A stretch of 40,468 bases of DNA, taken from Promethearchaeota archaeon. GTDB taxonomy: Archaea > Asgardarchaeota > Lokiarchaeia > Sigyniarchaeales > SOKP01. Position 1 is the stretch's first letter, and every line of letters begins with the position of its first letter. The notes beneath the pieces are model-generated. The model was not told the origin of the DNA. It was given only the letters and a program-made list of their open reading frames with translations, and did not search any database. Shown in pieces: positions 8,738-17,387 of this stretch. The translations under genes and the position numbers were made by a program. The stretch is from positions 1 to 40,468 of the forward strand of contig RDOA01000032.1 of the NCBI GenBank assembly GCA_011364925.1, read 5' to 3'.

Positions 8738-10741
8738 ATGCCACGAAATTTTGATCCTAAAGAAATAAGGATCGGTTTGAAATTACCAATTTTAATAGCT
8801 CCTCTGAATTCGATTTTCATTAGGATGTCATTTTTAGTAGATTACATAGGTTCTCCTTTATTTAAAATATTTAAGCTTATAGGACGCGTTACTCGGCTTC
8901 GTAGAATTAATTTTCTTCCCGAAAACGATGTGAGAAGAGTAAAAGAAGTTTTAATTGAATTAGAAGATGGTGGCAAATTAGCTACTGATGTTTATCTCCC
9001 TAAATATATTTACGATAAAAAAGGCAAAGAAGCAACGATTCTATTGAGATTACCGTACTGGAAAAATCGACTTAGCATCTTAGGTTATTTCTTGGCATCT
9101 AAGGGTTATGTTGCTGTTATTCAAGACATTCGAGGATGCGCTAGCTCGAGCGACTATGGCACTAATTCGCTTTACATATATGAACGAAAAGATGGATTAG
9201 ACACTTTAAGGTGGATAACAAAACGATTTTGGTACAATGGAAAAATCGGAATGTGGGGATTGTCATATTTAGGGATAACACAGTTAGCTGTATCTTGGGA
9301 TAATGATAATCTAATTACGTGTTTAAATCCTATTCATAGTTCTTTTTCAAATGTGTTTTGGCATCCTAAAGGATTATATCCAATTGGACTATCTGGCGCA
9401 GTTTATTTGATAATGCTCTCGACTGCTACGATGAAAAACTTATCGTCTATGGATTTTGATAAATGGGATAAGAATGGACTTTATAAAAAACTGATTTTTA
9501 ATCCTTCAAATAGCTTTTATAACGAACCACTTAAGATTAAAAAACCTAAATTATCAGATTTGGCAAGCATTGAAAGTCCTAAATACATAATAAAATTGAT
9601 GAATAGTGTTTATAAAACTAATGTTGATGTATCAAAAAAGGATCAAGGCTCATTTTTAAGTCTCATAAAGAAAATCTTTTATGACAGGGAACTCCTTCAA
9701 AACTATGATTTATCTCCTTACGTTTTTGGGTTGGATTACAAATTTAATTCTCCTATGCTATTTATTGGAGGGTGGTATGATATGTTCATAGAGCATATGA
9801 TGCGAGATGTGATGCTAATTCAAGAAACCGCCCCCAATTTTTTTAAGGATAAATTTAAAATGATTATAGGCCCTTGGTCCCATATAAACATGGAAAAGTT
9901 GTTTATTAAGCCTTTAAAATATTCGAATCTAAAAGATGATTTTACTTTCTTCAAAACAATACTCCCTTTTTGGTGGTACGATTCGTGTCTAAAAGGAGAA
10001 TCGTCAAAATTGCCAGAAACACCTCCAATTAAAGCTTTTATATTAAATAAAAATGTGTGGAGACCATTTACCAAATGGCCACCTTCTTCAGCAAATTTGA
10101 ACTTATATATGCACTCAAACGGTAAAGGTAACAGTTCACTAGGTGACGGAGTACTCTCAAAAAACTTGCCAGAACAAGAAGCCTCCGATATTTTCCAATT
10201 CGACCCTTCTGATCCCGTAATAACTAAAGGTGGGAGAAATTTATTCTTACTAAGCGGTCCGCAAGATCAGACGACTATCGAAAAAAGGGACGATGTTTTA
10301 GTATATACTACGAAATCTCTCGAAAAAGGATTAGAAATTATAGGGGAAGTTAAAATCATTCTATTTGCATCAACCACCGCAGAAGATACAGACTTTATGG
10401 TAAAATTAGTTGATGTTTATCCAAATGATAAAAAAGCTATAAATATATTAGATTCTGGAATTAGAACTCGTTATCTCAATGGAGACTTAGATAATCCTTC
10501 GTTCATTACACCATACAAAATATATAAATATGAAATAGCTATAGGAACAACTGCTATTTATTTTCCTAAGAAGCATAAAATTCGTGTGGAAATCTCATCT
10601 AGTAACTTCCCTCGGTTTGATGTAAATTCCAATCTTGCTGGGAAGAAGAGCGAGAAAAAGTATGAAATTGCAACTCAAACGATTTATCACGATAAGGAAT
10701 ATCCCTCTCATTTAATCCTTCCCATATTTAGCGAAGAATAA
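8738..10741 (+). CDS. CocE/NonD family serine hydrolase (S15/X-Pro dipeptidyl-peptidase-like)
   Basis: LATDVYLP, QDIRG, GLSYLG nucleophile elbow, GGWYD, IGPWSH, C-terminal RDDVLVY...DTDFMVKLVDV...SSSNFPRFDVN. Confidence 0.95.
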   Translation: MPRNFDPKEIRIGLKLPILIAPLNSIFIRMSFLVDYIGSPLFKIFKLIGRVTRLRRINFLPENDVRRVKEVLIELEDGGKLATDVYLPKYIYDKKGKEATILLRLPYWKNRLSILGYFLASKGYVAVIQDIRGCASSSDYGTNSLYIYERKDGLDTLRWITKRFWYNGKIGMWGLSYLGITQLAVSWDNDNLITCLNPIHSSFSNVFWHPKGLYPIGLSGAVYLIMLSTATMKNLSSMDFDKWDKNGLYKKLIFNPSNSFYNEPLKIKKPKLSDLASIESPKYIIKLMNSVYKTNVDVSKKDQGSFLSLIKKIFYDRELLQNYDLSPYVFGLDYKFNSPMLFIGGWYDMFIEHMMRDVMLIQETAPNFFKDKFKMIIGPWSHINMEKLFIKPLKYSNLKDDFTFFKTILPFWWYDSCLKGESSKLPETPPIKAFILNKNVWRPFTKWPPSSANLNLYMHSNGKGNSSLGDGVLSKNLPEQEASDIFQFDPSDPVITKGGRNLFLLSGPQDQTTIEKRDDVLVYTTKSLEKGLEIIGEVKIILFASTTAEDTDFMVKLVDVYPNDKKAINILDSGIRTRYLNGDLDNPSFITPYKIYKYEIAIGTTAIYFPKKHKIRVEISSSNFPRFDVNSNLAGKKSEKKYEIATQTIYHDKEYPSHLILPIFSEE

Positions 10742-10770
10742 TTACATTAGCTAACAGTTTAACATTTTTT

Positions 10771-11568
10771 CTACTTTAATTCTACAAGTTTAGCTGTTTT
10801 ATAAAGATAATTGAAGTAATAATTGCTAGCCGGCCCAAAAGCGATGTGATCTGTATCCACACCAAAATAACTCATTCCCTTAAAAATTTCCTGAGTTAAA
10901 ATAATAAACGCTTCTTCCCCTTCATCCATTACGATACTAGTTCCAAAAACTTGGTCGCGGGAGCAAACCTCACAAACTTGAGAGTATTTTCGAATGATTT
11001 CCTTAAATTTATCGTCTTCTAACGCATGTTCCTCGATTAACAATTTAATATCTATTACTCCACGAGCTCTAGCTTTTTTAATATCGTCATAAAAAATCTC
11101 TAAAAATTCATAATAGGGCGCTACAATATAAAGAGAATTTTTAGCGTGTTCAATAATCTTCAAACTTCTGTTTATACATACATCTCTTCCACGATGAATG
11201 TATAATGCTACTTTTATTGGTGTGTCGTGCGATTCATAAATAGGTGTTAAACTTCTAATAATATCATTGCTATGCTTGTCAAATTGGACGTTGTATTGTT
11301 TTTTAGCAATAATCAATGCCTCATCTGGACTTTTGGCAAAATATCTGCTAGGACGGGATTCCTCTTCCTTGATAATCCACTTCTTCTCTTTTTCTAATTG
11401 GGTTAAAATATTGTATATTCTTGAGTAAGGCACAGCACTGGTATCAGATAACTCCCTTGCGTCCATAGGTCCTTTTGAGATCAGAGTTAAGTAAATAGCA
11501 ATCTCATAATCGGTGAGTCCTATGGCTCGTAAAGCATCCTTAACATTATCGGGAGTTTCATTCGACAT
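10771..11568 (-). CDS. TrmB family transcriptional regulator
   Basis: LRAIGLTDYEIAIYLTL...ELSDTSAVPYSRIYNILTQLE...RPSRYFAKSP wHTH, followed by an effector domain. Confidence 0.92.
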   Translation of the reverse strand: MSNETPDNVKDALRAIGLTDYEIAIYLTLISKGPMDARELSDTSAVPYSRIYNILTQLEKEKKWIIKEEESRPSRYFAKSPDEALIIAKKQYNVQFDKHSNDIIRSLTPIYESHDTPIKVALYIHRGRDVCINRSLKIIEHAKNSLYIVAPYYEFLEIFYDDIKKARARGVIDIKLLIEEHALEDDKFKEIIRKYSQVCEVCSRDQVFGTSIVMDEGEEAFIILTQEIFKGMSYFGVDTDHIAFGPASNYYFNYLYKTAKLVELK

Positions 11569-11701
11569 AATTAAGTGATTACAATCAAAATAATGTAATT
11601 AAAGAGGTTTTAAACACTTATAAGAATTTTGTTAATTAATATACTAGATAATGCTACATACTATATATATTATTATTAGTATTAATTTTATTAACCCTTG
11701 C

Positions 11702-11748
11702 AAGGTTAGTCATCTTGCGGCTAAGATTTTTCCGCAAAAATCATCCTT
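11702..11748 (-). promoter_or_regulatory. Putative eukaryote/Lokiarchaeia-type SECIS element (kink-turn hairpin)
   Basis: Minus strand reads AAGG-AUGAU-UUUUGCGG-AAAAAUCUUAG-CCGCAAGA-UGAC-UAA-CCUU: AUGA/GA core, 8-bp upper helix, unpaired apical adenosines. It starts 2 nt after the UAA of an ORF that contains an in-frame UGA. Confidence 0.75.
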
Positions 11749-11750
11749 TT

Positions 11751-11936
11751 TTACTTCAAATATAAACTTACCATAATATTGCATATATTAGGTCATCCTC
11801 CTCCTGTGTCTTCGAGCGATACATAATAATAGATAATCAGTGATATCAATATGGCAGAAGTAATAATCAGCGCAGTGAGCACGATATAGAGGATGATTCT
11901 ATTTACTTTCCTATTTTCAACTACTTTTAACGGCAT
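11751..11936 (-). CDS. Small single-pass membrane protein, candidate selenoprotein (61 aa, Sec48)
   Basis: MPLKVVENRKVNRIILYIVLTALIITSAILISLIIYYYVSLEDTGGG-U(TGA 11793-11795)-PNICNIMVSLYLK-TAA. A TATA-like TTAATATATAT lies about 25-30 nt upstream and a SECIS-like hairpin follows the TAA. Confidence 0.7.
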
Positions 11937-12049
11937 AAGAAAAGTCTTATTTTATTTTTTATATATATTAATCTCAGAGATATTTATAGCTTTTTCAAAT
12001 ATTAAGATTAGATTATATTCTCAAAATAGTAGAGTGTTGAAAGATTAAA

Positions 12050-12865
12050 ATGAAGACTACCCTTCGAGAGGCTAAAAGCATTATTACAAAGAGTAATATT
12101 CCCGAAATTGATTTTGTTATAAATCCGTATATTGGCTGCCAACATGGGTGCATCTATTGCTACGCTGAATTTATGATAAGATTTACAGGACATAAGGGAG
12201 ATAAATGGGGGCATTTCTTAGATATCAAAACATTTGATTTCAGTAAAATTAAACCTCAGAAATATGATAATACGAGAATATTATTGAGTTCAGTAACAGA
12301 TCCTTATATTCCATTAGAATTGAAATATAAAAATACTCGAAAAATCTTAGAAAATCTAGTGGGGACTAAAGCTCACATCTCAATTTTAACAAAATCAAAA
12401 TTTGTTGTGAGAGACATAGATTTATTTAAAAAATTTGATAATCTTGAAGTTGGGATATCCATTAATACTTTAGACGATGAATTCGCACAAATTATTGAAA
12501 GAGGTGCTTCTAAACCCACTGAAAGATTAAAAGCGCTTAAAGAGGTTTACGATAATGGGATCAAGACATATACATTTATATCTCCCTTTTTCCCAAAAAT
12601 AACAGATTATAAAGCCATTATACAAGAAACTCTAGACTATACTGACTCATATATGTTAGAAAATTTAAATTTTAGGCCGCATAATGCGCCAAGAATCTTT
12701 AAGGTTATTAAAGACTCTTATCCTAAATTATTACCTGTTTATGAAAAGTTTAAGAGAGATCACACTGAATGGAATTTAATAGCACTTCAGATAAAAAGCT
12801 ACTGTGATGATTTAAAGCTCAATTATAAAATCGAGTTTCATCACGGTGGATTTTCAAAAAGTTAA
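12050..12865 (+). CDS. Radical SAM protein, SplB-like / DNA-repair photolyase-related family
   Basis: INPYIGCQHGCIYCYA (CxxxCxxC), SSVTDPY, ILTKS...RDIDL. Confidence 0.9.
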   Translation: MKTTLREAKSIITKSNIPEIDFVINPYIGCQHGCIYCYAEFMIRFTGHKGDKWGHFLDIKTFDFSKIKPQKYDNTRILLSSVTDPYIPLELKYKNTRKILENLVGTKAHISILTKSKFVVRDIDLFKKFDNLEVGISINTLDDEFAQIIERGASKPTERLKALKEVYDNGIKTYTFISPFFPKITDYKAIIQETLDYTDSYMLENLNFRPHNAPRIFKVIKDSYPKLLPVYEKFKRDHTEWNLIALQIKSYCDDLKLNYKIEFHHGGFSKS

Positions 12866-12889
12866 GCGATAATTTGTCACTCTACATTT

Positions 12890-13378
12890 TTAATAGATTT
12901 CATTAATTTGAGCTTTTAATTGTTCGATATTATCAAAATAAAACAAACTAGAATCTTCTTTGAAAAACGGTGTTAACAATCCTCCTCTGTTCAAGACCTC
13001 GGTAATTTCCACATCTTTTCGTACAAAAACCTTTGTTTTTTTGTAATATTCCCTAAACGCGAGGATGATACCCATTTCAATCATATGACCTCCTTTATCG
13101 TGCTCTATTACCATTATTATTTCATCAGAAAATTTGGCAATAAGATCAAACTTTAAAATAAGGTTCTCGAGATGGGTGCGCCTAAATTCCTTTTCGAAAA
13201 ATCCTAAATTATTTGGATTTTCATTTATTATTTTTTGTACCTCCTGGAGATTAGGATAAGTTTCATCGCTGTATGAACCACATATGAAGATTTTATGTTT
13301 TAAAATATCGAACACTGAAAAAACGCTAATGAATTCGTCTAAAAATTCATCCCAGGCATTGTGATGAGAAATCTCCAT
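12890..13378 (-). CDS. Nucleoside 2-deoxyribosyltransferase (NDT)-like fold protein
   Basis: KIFICGSY...AKFSDEIIMVIE...GGHMIEMG pattern. ATG at 13378 follows an AGGGGG SD-like site. Confidence 0.55.
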   Translation of the reverse strand: MEISHHNAWDEFLDEFISVFSVFDILKHKIFICGSYSDETYPNLQEVQKIINENPNNLGFFEKEFRRTHLENLILKFDLIAKFSDEIIMVIEHDKGGHMIEMGIILAFREYYKKTKVFVRKDVEITEVLNRGGLLTPFFKEDSSLFYFDNIEQLKAQINEIY

Positions 13379-13551
13379 ATAATTCCCCCTAAACGATACC
13401 AAACATATTAGAGATTCATTTATGCTATAAATTATTATATGTCAATAATAATTGACTCTATTAGATTTGAGTTAGATTTAAATATGAAATAACACATATT
13501 TACTTTGGAATTAAAAGAAGAATCAATTATAAATAAGAGGAGAGAGCTGAT

Positions 13552-13905
13552 TTGAAGCTTTCATCAAAATTTGAGAATAAACGAAGAGATTTAGAATTTA
13601 TATCGGAAAAAACCCGTTATAAAATATTGCTAACTTTATTGGCTGAAGACAGTCTTTCTTTTATGCAGTTAAGAGATCTCCTATCTTCAATCCCAGAAAA
13701 TAATTTAAATTATCATATAAAAATCTTGAAAGAAAATGGTTATATTAAGAACAAAAAGGTTCAAGATTATAAACGCTCTGAACCAAGATCGTTTTATTCA
13801 TTAAGTAAACATTCTATTGAACTTCTTGAAGATTTAGGACTGACTGACATAAAACCAGAATTACACGCTTTACTACATTCAACAACTGATGAAATAGGAG
13901 AATAA
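13552..13905 (+). CDS. ArsR/HxlR-like winged-helix transcriptional regulator
   Basis: TRYKILLTLL...LSFMQLRDLL...LNYHIKILKENGYI...YSLS. Confidence 0.85.
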   Translation: MKLSSKFENKRRDLEFISEKTRYKILLTLLAEDSLSFMQLRDLLSSIPENNLNYHIKILKENGYIKNKKVQDYKRSEPRSFYSLSKHSIELLEDLGLTDIKPELHALLHSTTDEIGE

Positions 13906-13906
13906 A
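13888..13906 (+). repeat. 19-bp direct repeat, copy 1
   Basis: GATGAAATAGGAGAATAAA, identical to 14290-14308. Confidence 0.9.
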
Positions 13907-13909
13907 ATC

Positions 13910-14242
13910 TTAAATAAACTCATCCAATCTTTCTACTTTGAAATAAACAGGTCTAAACCAATCAGAACAACCGGTAATAGCTACTCCTTTTTCTTTCATG
14001 GCTAAAATATTTCCTCCTGAAGCAATTAGATTGATATCATCTCGGATGTCTGCCCAAGCCCATTCACAAAATCCTTCAGGAACAGAGGCTAAATTATGAT
14101 TAATAACAAATTCTTGGCCAATTTCAAACTTATCACAAGCCTTCATTCCCTTGTATTCTTCTACAAGAAATTCATCTATTAAATCTTTGTTAAGCGTTTT
14201 TTTTACAATTGTAATTTTAATTTTCGGTAATTTCATTCTCAA
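13910..14242 (-). CDS. TIGR04076-like small Cys-containing protein
   Basis: KIKITIVK...CDKFEIGQEF...PEGFCEWAWADI...GCSDWFRPVYFKVER. Confidence 0.8.
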   Translation of the reverse strand: MRMKLPKIKITIVKKTLNKDLIDEFLVEEYKGMKACDKFEIGQEFVINHNLASVPEGFCEWAWADIRDDINLIASGGNILAMKEKGVAITGCSDWFRPVYFKVERLDEFI

Positions 14243-14289
14243 TCACCCGTAATTATTATTAAATTTTTATTTCCTCTGTTAATTTATCA

Positions 14290-14308
14290 GATGAAATAGG
14301 AGAATAAA
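14290..14308 (+). repeat. 19-bp direct repeat, copy 2
   Basis: GATGAAATAGGAGAATAAA, identical to 13888-13906. Confidence 0.9.
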
Positions 14309-14324
14309 TCTTTTCTTTCAATAA

Positions 14325-15323
14325 CTATAACCTCATAGTGTTTAAGAATTTATCTGGTATTTCTACGGAGAACCTACATTCGAAATCTCCATTAAGAGCA
14401 GTTTTTATAGGTAAGACTTTTACTGGCTGCTCAAAAACCTGGTCCCAGTATAATTTATACCAACCAGCACTACAATGACAGAAAGAATTTGATATAGAAT
14501 CATCAGTCCCTTCTTTTAAGGCTCCTCTAACCCAAGGGCAATAACAAAGATAGAATCTTTTCAATTTATCATCCTTAGAGTTTAAAAATTTCTTGGTTTG
14601 ATAGGGAATTTTGCTAATATAAATGAAATTTCCATTTCTTATTCCAGCACCATATATTTGGTTACTTCTTATAAGATCGATTACTTCGTCAGTTACTCTC
14701 TGTGCAAATTCTAAAGTGCCTTCATCTCTGTGTTTCTCAAGTCGCTTTATTATATCTTGGTATTTTTTAAGCAAAAAACCATCAATTCCTAATTCAGCTA
14801 GCAGTTTTTTATCCCCTTCGATATCATCAGGAGGACGCCCGTGAAGGCAAGGGGAAAGAAGCTCGATGAGGGATTCTTGACCAAGTTTATCTTCTATTCT
14901 TCTCAAAATGGTTTTAGTAAAATCAGGTTTTTTTTCTGGATGCACTCCTAACGGAGGAATCTCTAAATCTTTAAAGATCTCATCCCTAGTTTGTACTCCA
15001 TGAACCTCTGCGATTCTCGAAGATAAATTATCCATAGCATCATAGGACTCTACAATATTTATTGTTTCAGTGATGAATTCATCCATCTTGGCGTATCTCG
15101 CATAACTTAAAATGGCTCGAAGAAAATTAATTACAGAATTTCTATCTGTAGAGACTAAGTATTCGGTATATTCCACTAATTTATTAGGATTAACTGTGTT
15201 AAGAGTCAAGTTTTCATTTTTTAGATAAGCATTGTAATCTCTCAGTTTTGAAAGAAAGAGTTTTATTACATTTGTTTCAAGTTTGTTCTCTTTCAAAAAT
15301 TTTTGAAAATTCCTTTCATTCAT
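14325..15323 (-). CDS. Cys-rich DUF6144-like protein (V4R/metal-binding-like C-terminus)
   Basis: YLCYCPWVR...FCHCSAGWYKLYW...FEQPVKV...TALNGDFECRF. Confidence 0.65.
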   Translation of the reverse strand: MNERNFQKFLKENKLETNVIKLFLSKLRDYNAYLKNENLTLNTVNPNKLVEYTEYLVSTDRNSVINFLRAILSYARYAKMDEFITETINIVESYDAMDNLSSRIAEVHGVQTRDEIFKDLEIPPLGVHPEKKPDFTKTILRRIEDKLGQESLIELLSPCLHGRPPDDIEGDKKLLAELGIDGFLLKKYQDIIKRLEKHRDEGTLEFAQRVTDEVIDLIRSNQIYGAGIRNGNFIYISKIPYQTKKFLNSKDDKLKRFYLCYCPWVRGALKEGTDDSISNSFCHCSAGWYKLYWDQVFEQPVKVLPIKTALNGDFECRFSVEIPDKFLNTMRL

Positions 15324-15482
15324 TCTCTAAAGATATCATTGTATCCTAATAAGGTTTTTTCCATGAATGCAAACCTAAGCTCAATAAATCCATCATTGAG
15401 TAATTGATTTCTAAATTAAAAACAGTTAAGTTAAAAGGAATAATTCTATTATTTTATAAAAAACATACTAGTTGGATTTAGC

Positions 15483-15968
15483 ATGGCTATAAAGATCGGC
15501 GATATCATTAAGGTTGAATACGAAGGACGATTAGAGGATAGAACTATATTCGATTCAACTGAACTTCAAGGAGGGGAGCCCTTAAAGTTTGAAGTTGGAG
15601 CTAGAATGCTGATTCGAGGATTTGATGATTCTGTCATTGGTAAAGAAGTAGGAGATGAGTACGAAATTACTTTAACCCCTTCTGAAGCTTATGGTGAGAT
15701 TGATCCTCTCTTAGTTCAAACTGTTAGCTCAGATCAATTACCAGAAGATTTAGATCCCGAAGTCGGAATGATGCTTGGAGTCGGGGACGCTAACGGGACC
15801 CACTCAATGGCTTGGGTAAAAGAAGTTGATGATGAATTTATCACTATTGATATGAACCATCCTCTAGCGGGAAAGACGCTTCATTTCAAAATTAAAATTT
15901 TAGAAACTGGTTGCGAACCAGATCCACCAGATGTTCATGAGTGTGGATGTGGTTGTAATGATCATTAA
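15483..15968 (+). CDS. slyD: FKBP-type peptidyl-prolyl isomerase, SlyD family
   Basis: VEYEGRL...IFDST...PLKFEVG...PSEAYG...DMNHPLAGKTLHF, with a His/Cys metal-binding tail HECGCGCNDH. Confidence 0.95.
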   Translation: MAIKIGDIIKVEYEGRLEDRTIFDSTELQGGEPLKFEVGARMLIRGFDDSVIGKEVGDEYEITLTPSEAYGEIDPLLVQTVSSDQLPEDLDPEVGMMLGVGDANGTHSMAWVKEVDDEFITIDMNHPLAGKTLHFKIKILETGCEPDPPDVHECGCGCNDH

Positions 15969-16061
15969 ATAAGATTGTATCGTTAATAATCATTTTTTTA
16001 TTTCTCTTTGTATGATATGAAAAATTGAATTTATTTATCTTAAATTATTATAGAACTAGAT

Positions 16062-17387
16062 ATGAGCTATAAATTTACAAAAGAAGAATTAGAGGAACTT
16101 CTAATAGATTATAATAAGATCGGAATAAAAGAGCAAAAACTTGACGTACCATCAGAAGTTTGTATCTGGGACGAAACTTTAAGGGATGGTGAGCAATCTC
16201 CTACGGTTTATCTTACTTTGGATGAGAAAATCCATTTGGCAAAATTACTTGATGAAATCGGAGTAAAAATGATAGCTGTTGGTTTTCCTGCCGTCTCGAA
16301 AACAGAAAAAAAAATTGTTAAGACCATTGTAAACGAAAATTTCAATAATACAATCATCCTAGGTATTGCTCGCCCAAGAAAAGAAGATATTGATGAGTGT
16401 ATCGATGCGGATCTTAAAGAGATTGTAATTTTTATGCCAATATCTCCTATTTTTAGGAAGACTCTGAAACAAAAACCGGAAGAACAACTGGATATGATGA
16501 GAGAGGGTATTCATTACGCAATTGAAAATGGTTTTAAAGTGAATTGGGTCTCTGAAGATGGCACAAGATGTGATTTCCAGCACTTATCGAACGTTTTTAA
16601 AACTGCAATTGAAGCTGGAGCAGAAAGAATTGTTCTTGGAGATACTGTAGGTGTTTTAACACCACTCTCTACATCACACCTAATCAGACGAATTAAGAAT
16701 GAAGTGATTACTCCGCTTAATAAGAAAGTCCCAATGGGAATTCATACTCACAACGATTTCGGTTTAGCAGTTGCTAACACAATTACAGGGGTATTTGAAG
16801 GTTGTACGTATCCTCACACTTGCGTAAACGGATATGGCGAAAGAGCAGGAAATGCAGCTTTAGAAGAAGTGGCAACAAATTTAGAACGCATTGGTATAAA
16901 AACCGGTATAGATTTAACAAGATTACCAGAAATTAGTGAAGTATGTGAAAAGTACTTTAACCAACCTTTAGCGTTAAACAAGGCTATTGTAGGAAAACAC
17001 GCTTTTGCACACGAGAGTGGGTTACATATTGCAGCTATACTTGCTCATCCATTGACATACGAGCCAATTAACCCGCATATGGTTGGAAGAAGAAGAAAAT
17101 TCTATTTGGGTAAGTTTTCTGGTTCAAAATCAGTATTACATGCGCTACAGAAAAAGATTAAAATCTTAGATTTAGATATTCCTAAAGATGTTATTAAAAA
17201 AATTGTATCCGAAGTGAAGGAGGTGCACGGGGAAGCTTCAAAAAAGGAATTAAGAAAATCGTTCAATAAAATTAAAGAGGAATTAGATAAAATCTCGATG
17301 GGAGTTGGTGATAAAGAGTTCTTCAAAATCGTAAATAAATATGCTCAACCATATGTTCCTGACGATTTTAAACCAAAAAAAGAGTAA
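16062..17387 (+). CDS. DRE-TIM metallolyase, homocitrate/isopropylmalate/citramalate synthase family
   Basis: DETLRDGEQ, DTVG, HTHNDFGLA, GERAGNAALEE, AFAHESGLH. No LeuA regulatory domain is apparent. Confidence 0.92.
   Translation: MSYKFTKEELEELLIDYNKIGIKEQKLDVPSEVCIWDETLRDGEQSPTVYLTLDEKIHLAKLLDEIGVKMIAVGFPAVSKTEKKIVKTIVNENFNNTIILGIARPRKEDIDECIDADLKEIVIFMPISPIFRKTLKQKPEEQLDMMREGIHYAIENGFKVNWVSEDGTRCDFQHLSNVFKTAIEAGAERIVLGDTVGVLTPLSTSHLIRRIKNEVITPLNKKVPMGIHTHNDFGLAVANTITGVFEGCTYPHTCVNGYGERAGNAALEEVATNLERIGIKTGIDLTRLPEISEVCEKYFNQPLALNKAIVGKHAFAHESGLHIAAILAHPLTYEPINPHMVGRRRKFYLGKFSGSKSVLHALQKKIKILDLDIPKDVIKKIVSEVKEVHGEASKKELRKSFNKIKEELDKISMGVGDKEFFKIVNKYAQPYVPDDFKPKKE

Noticed and set aside
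11793-11804. If the TGA is a stop, the peptide ends in GG like a ubiquitin-like modifier
   Set aside because: There is no beta-grasp domain, and the adjacent SECIS-like hairpin favours Sec recoding. Kept only as the alternative hypothesis.
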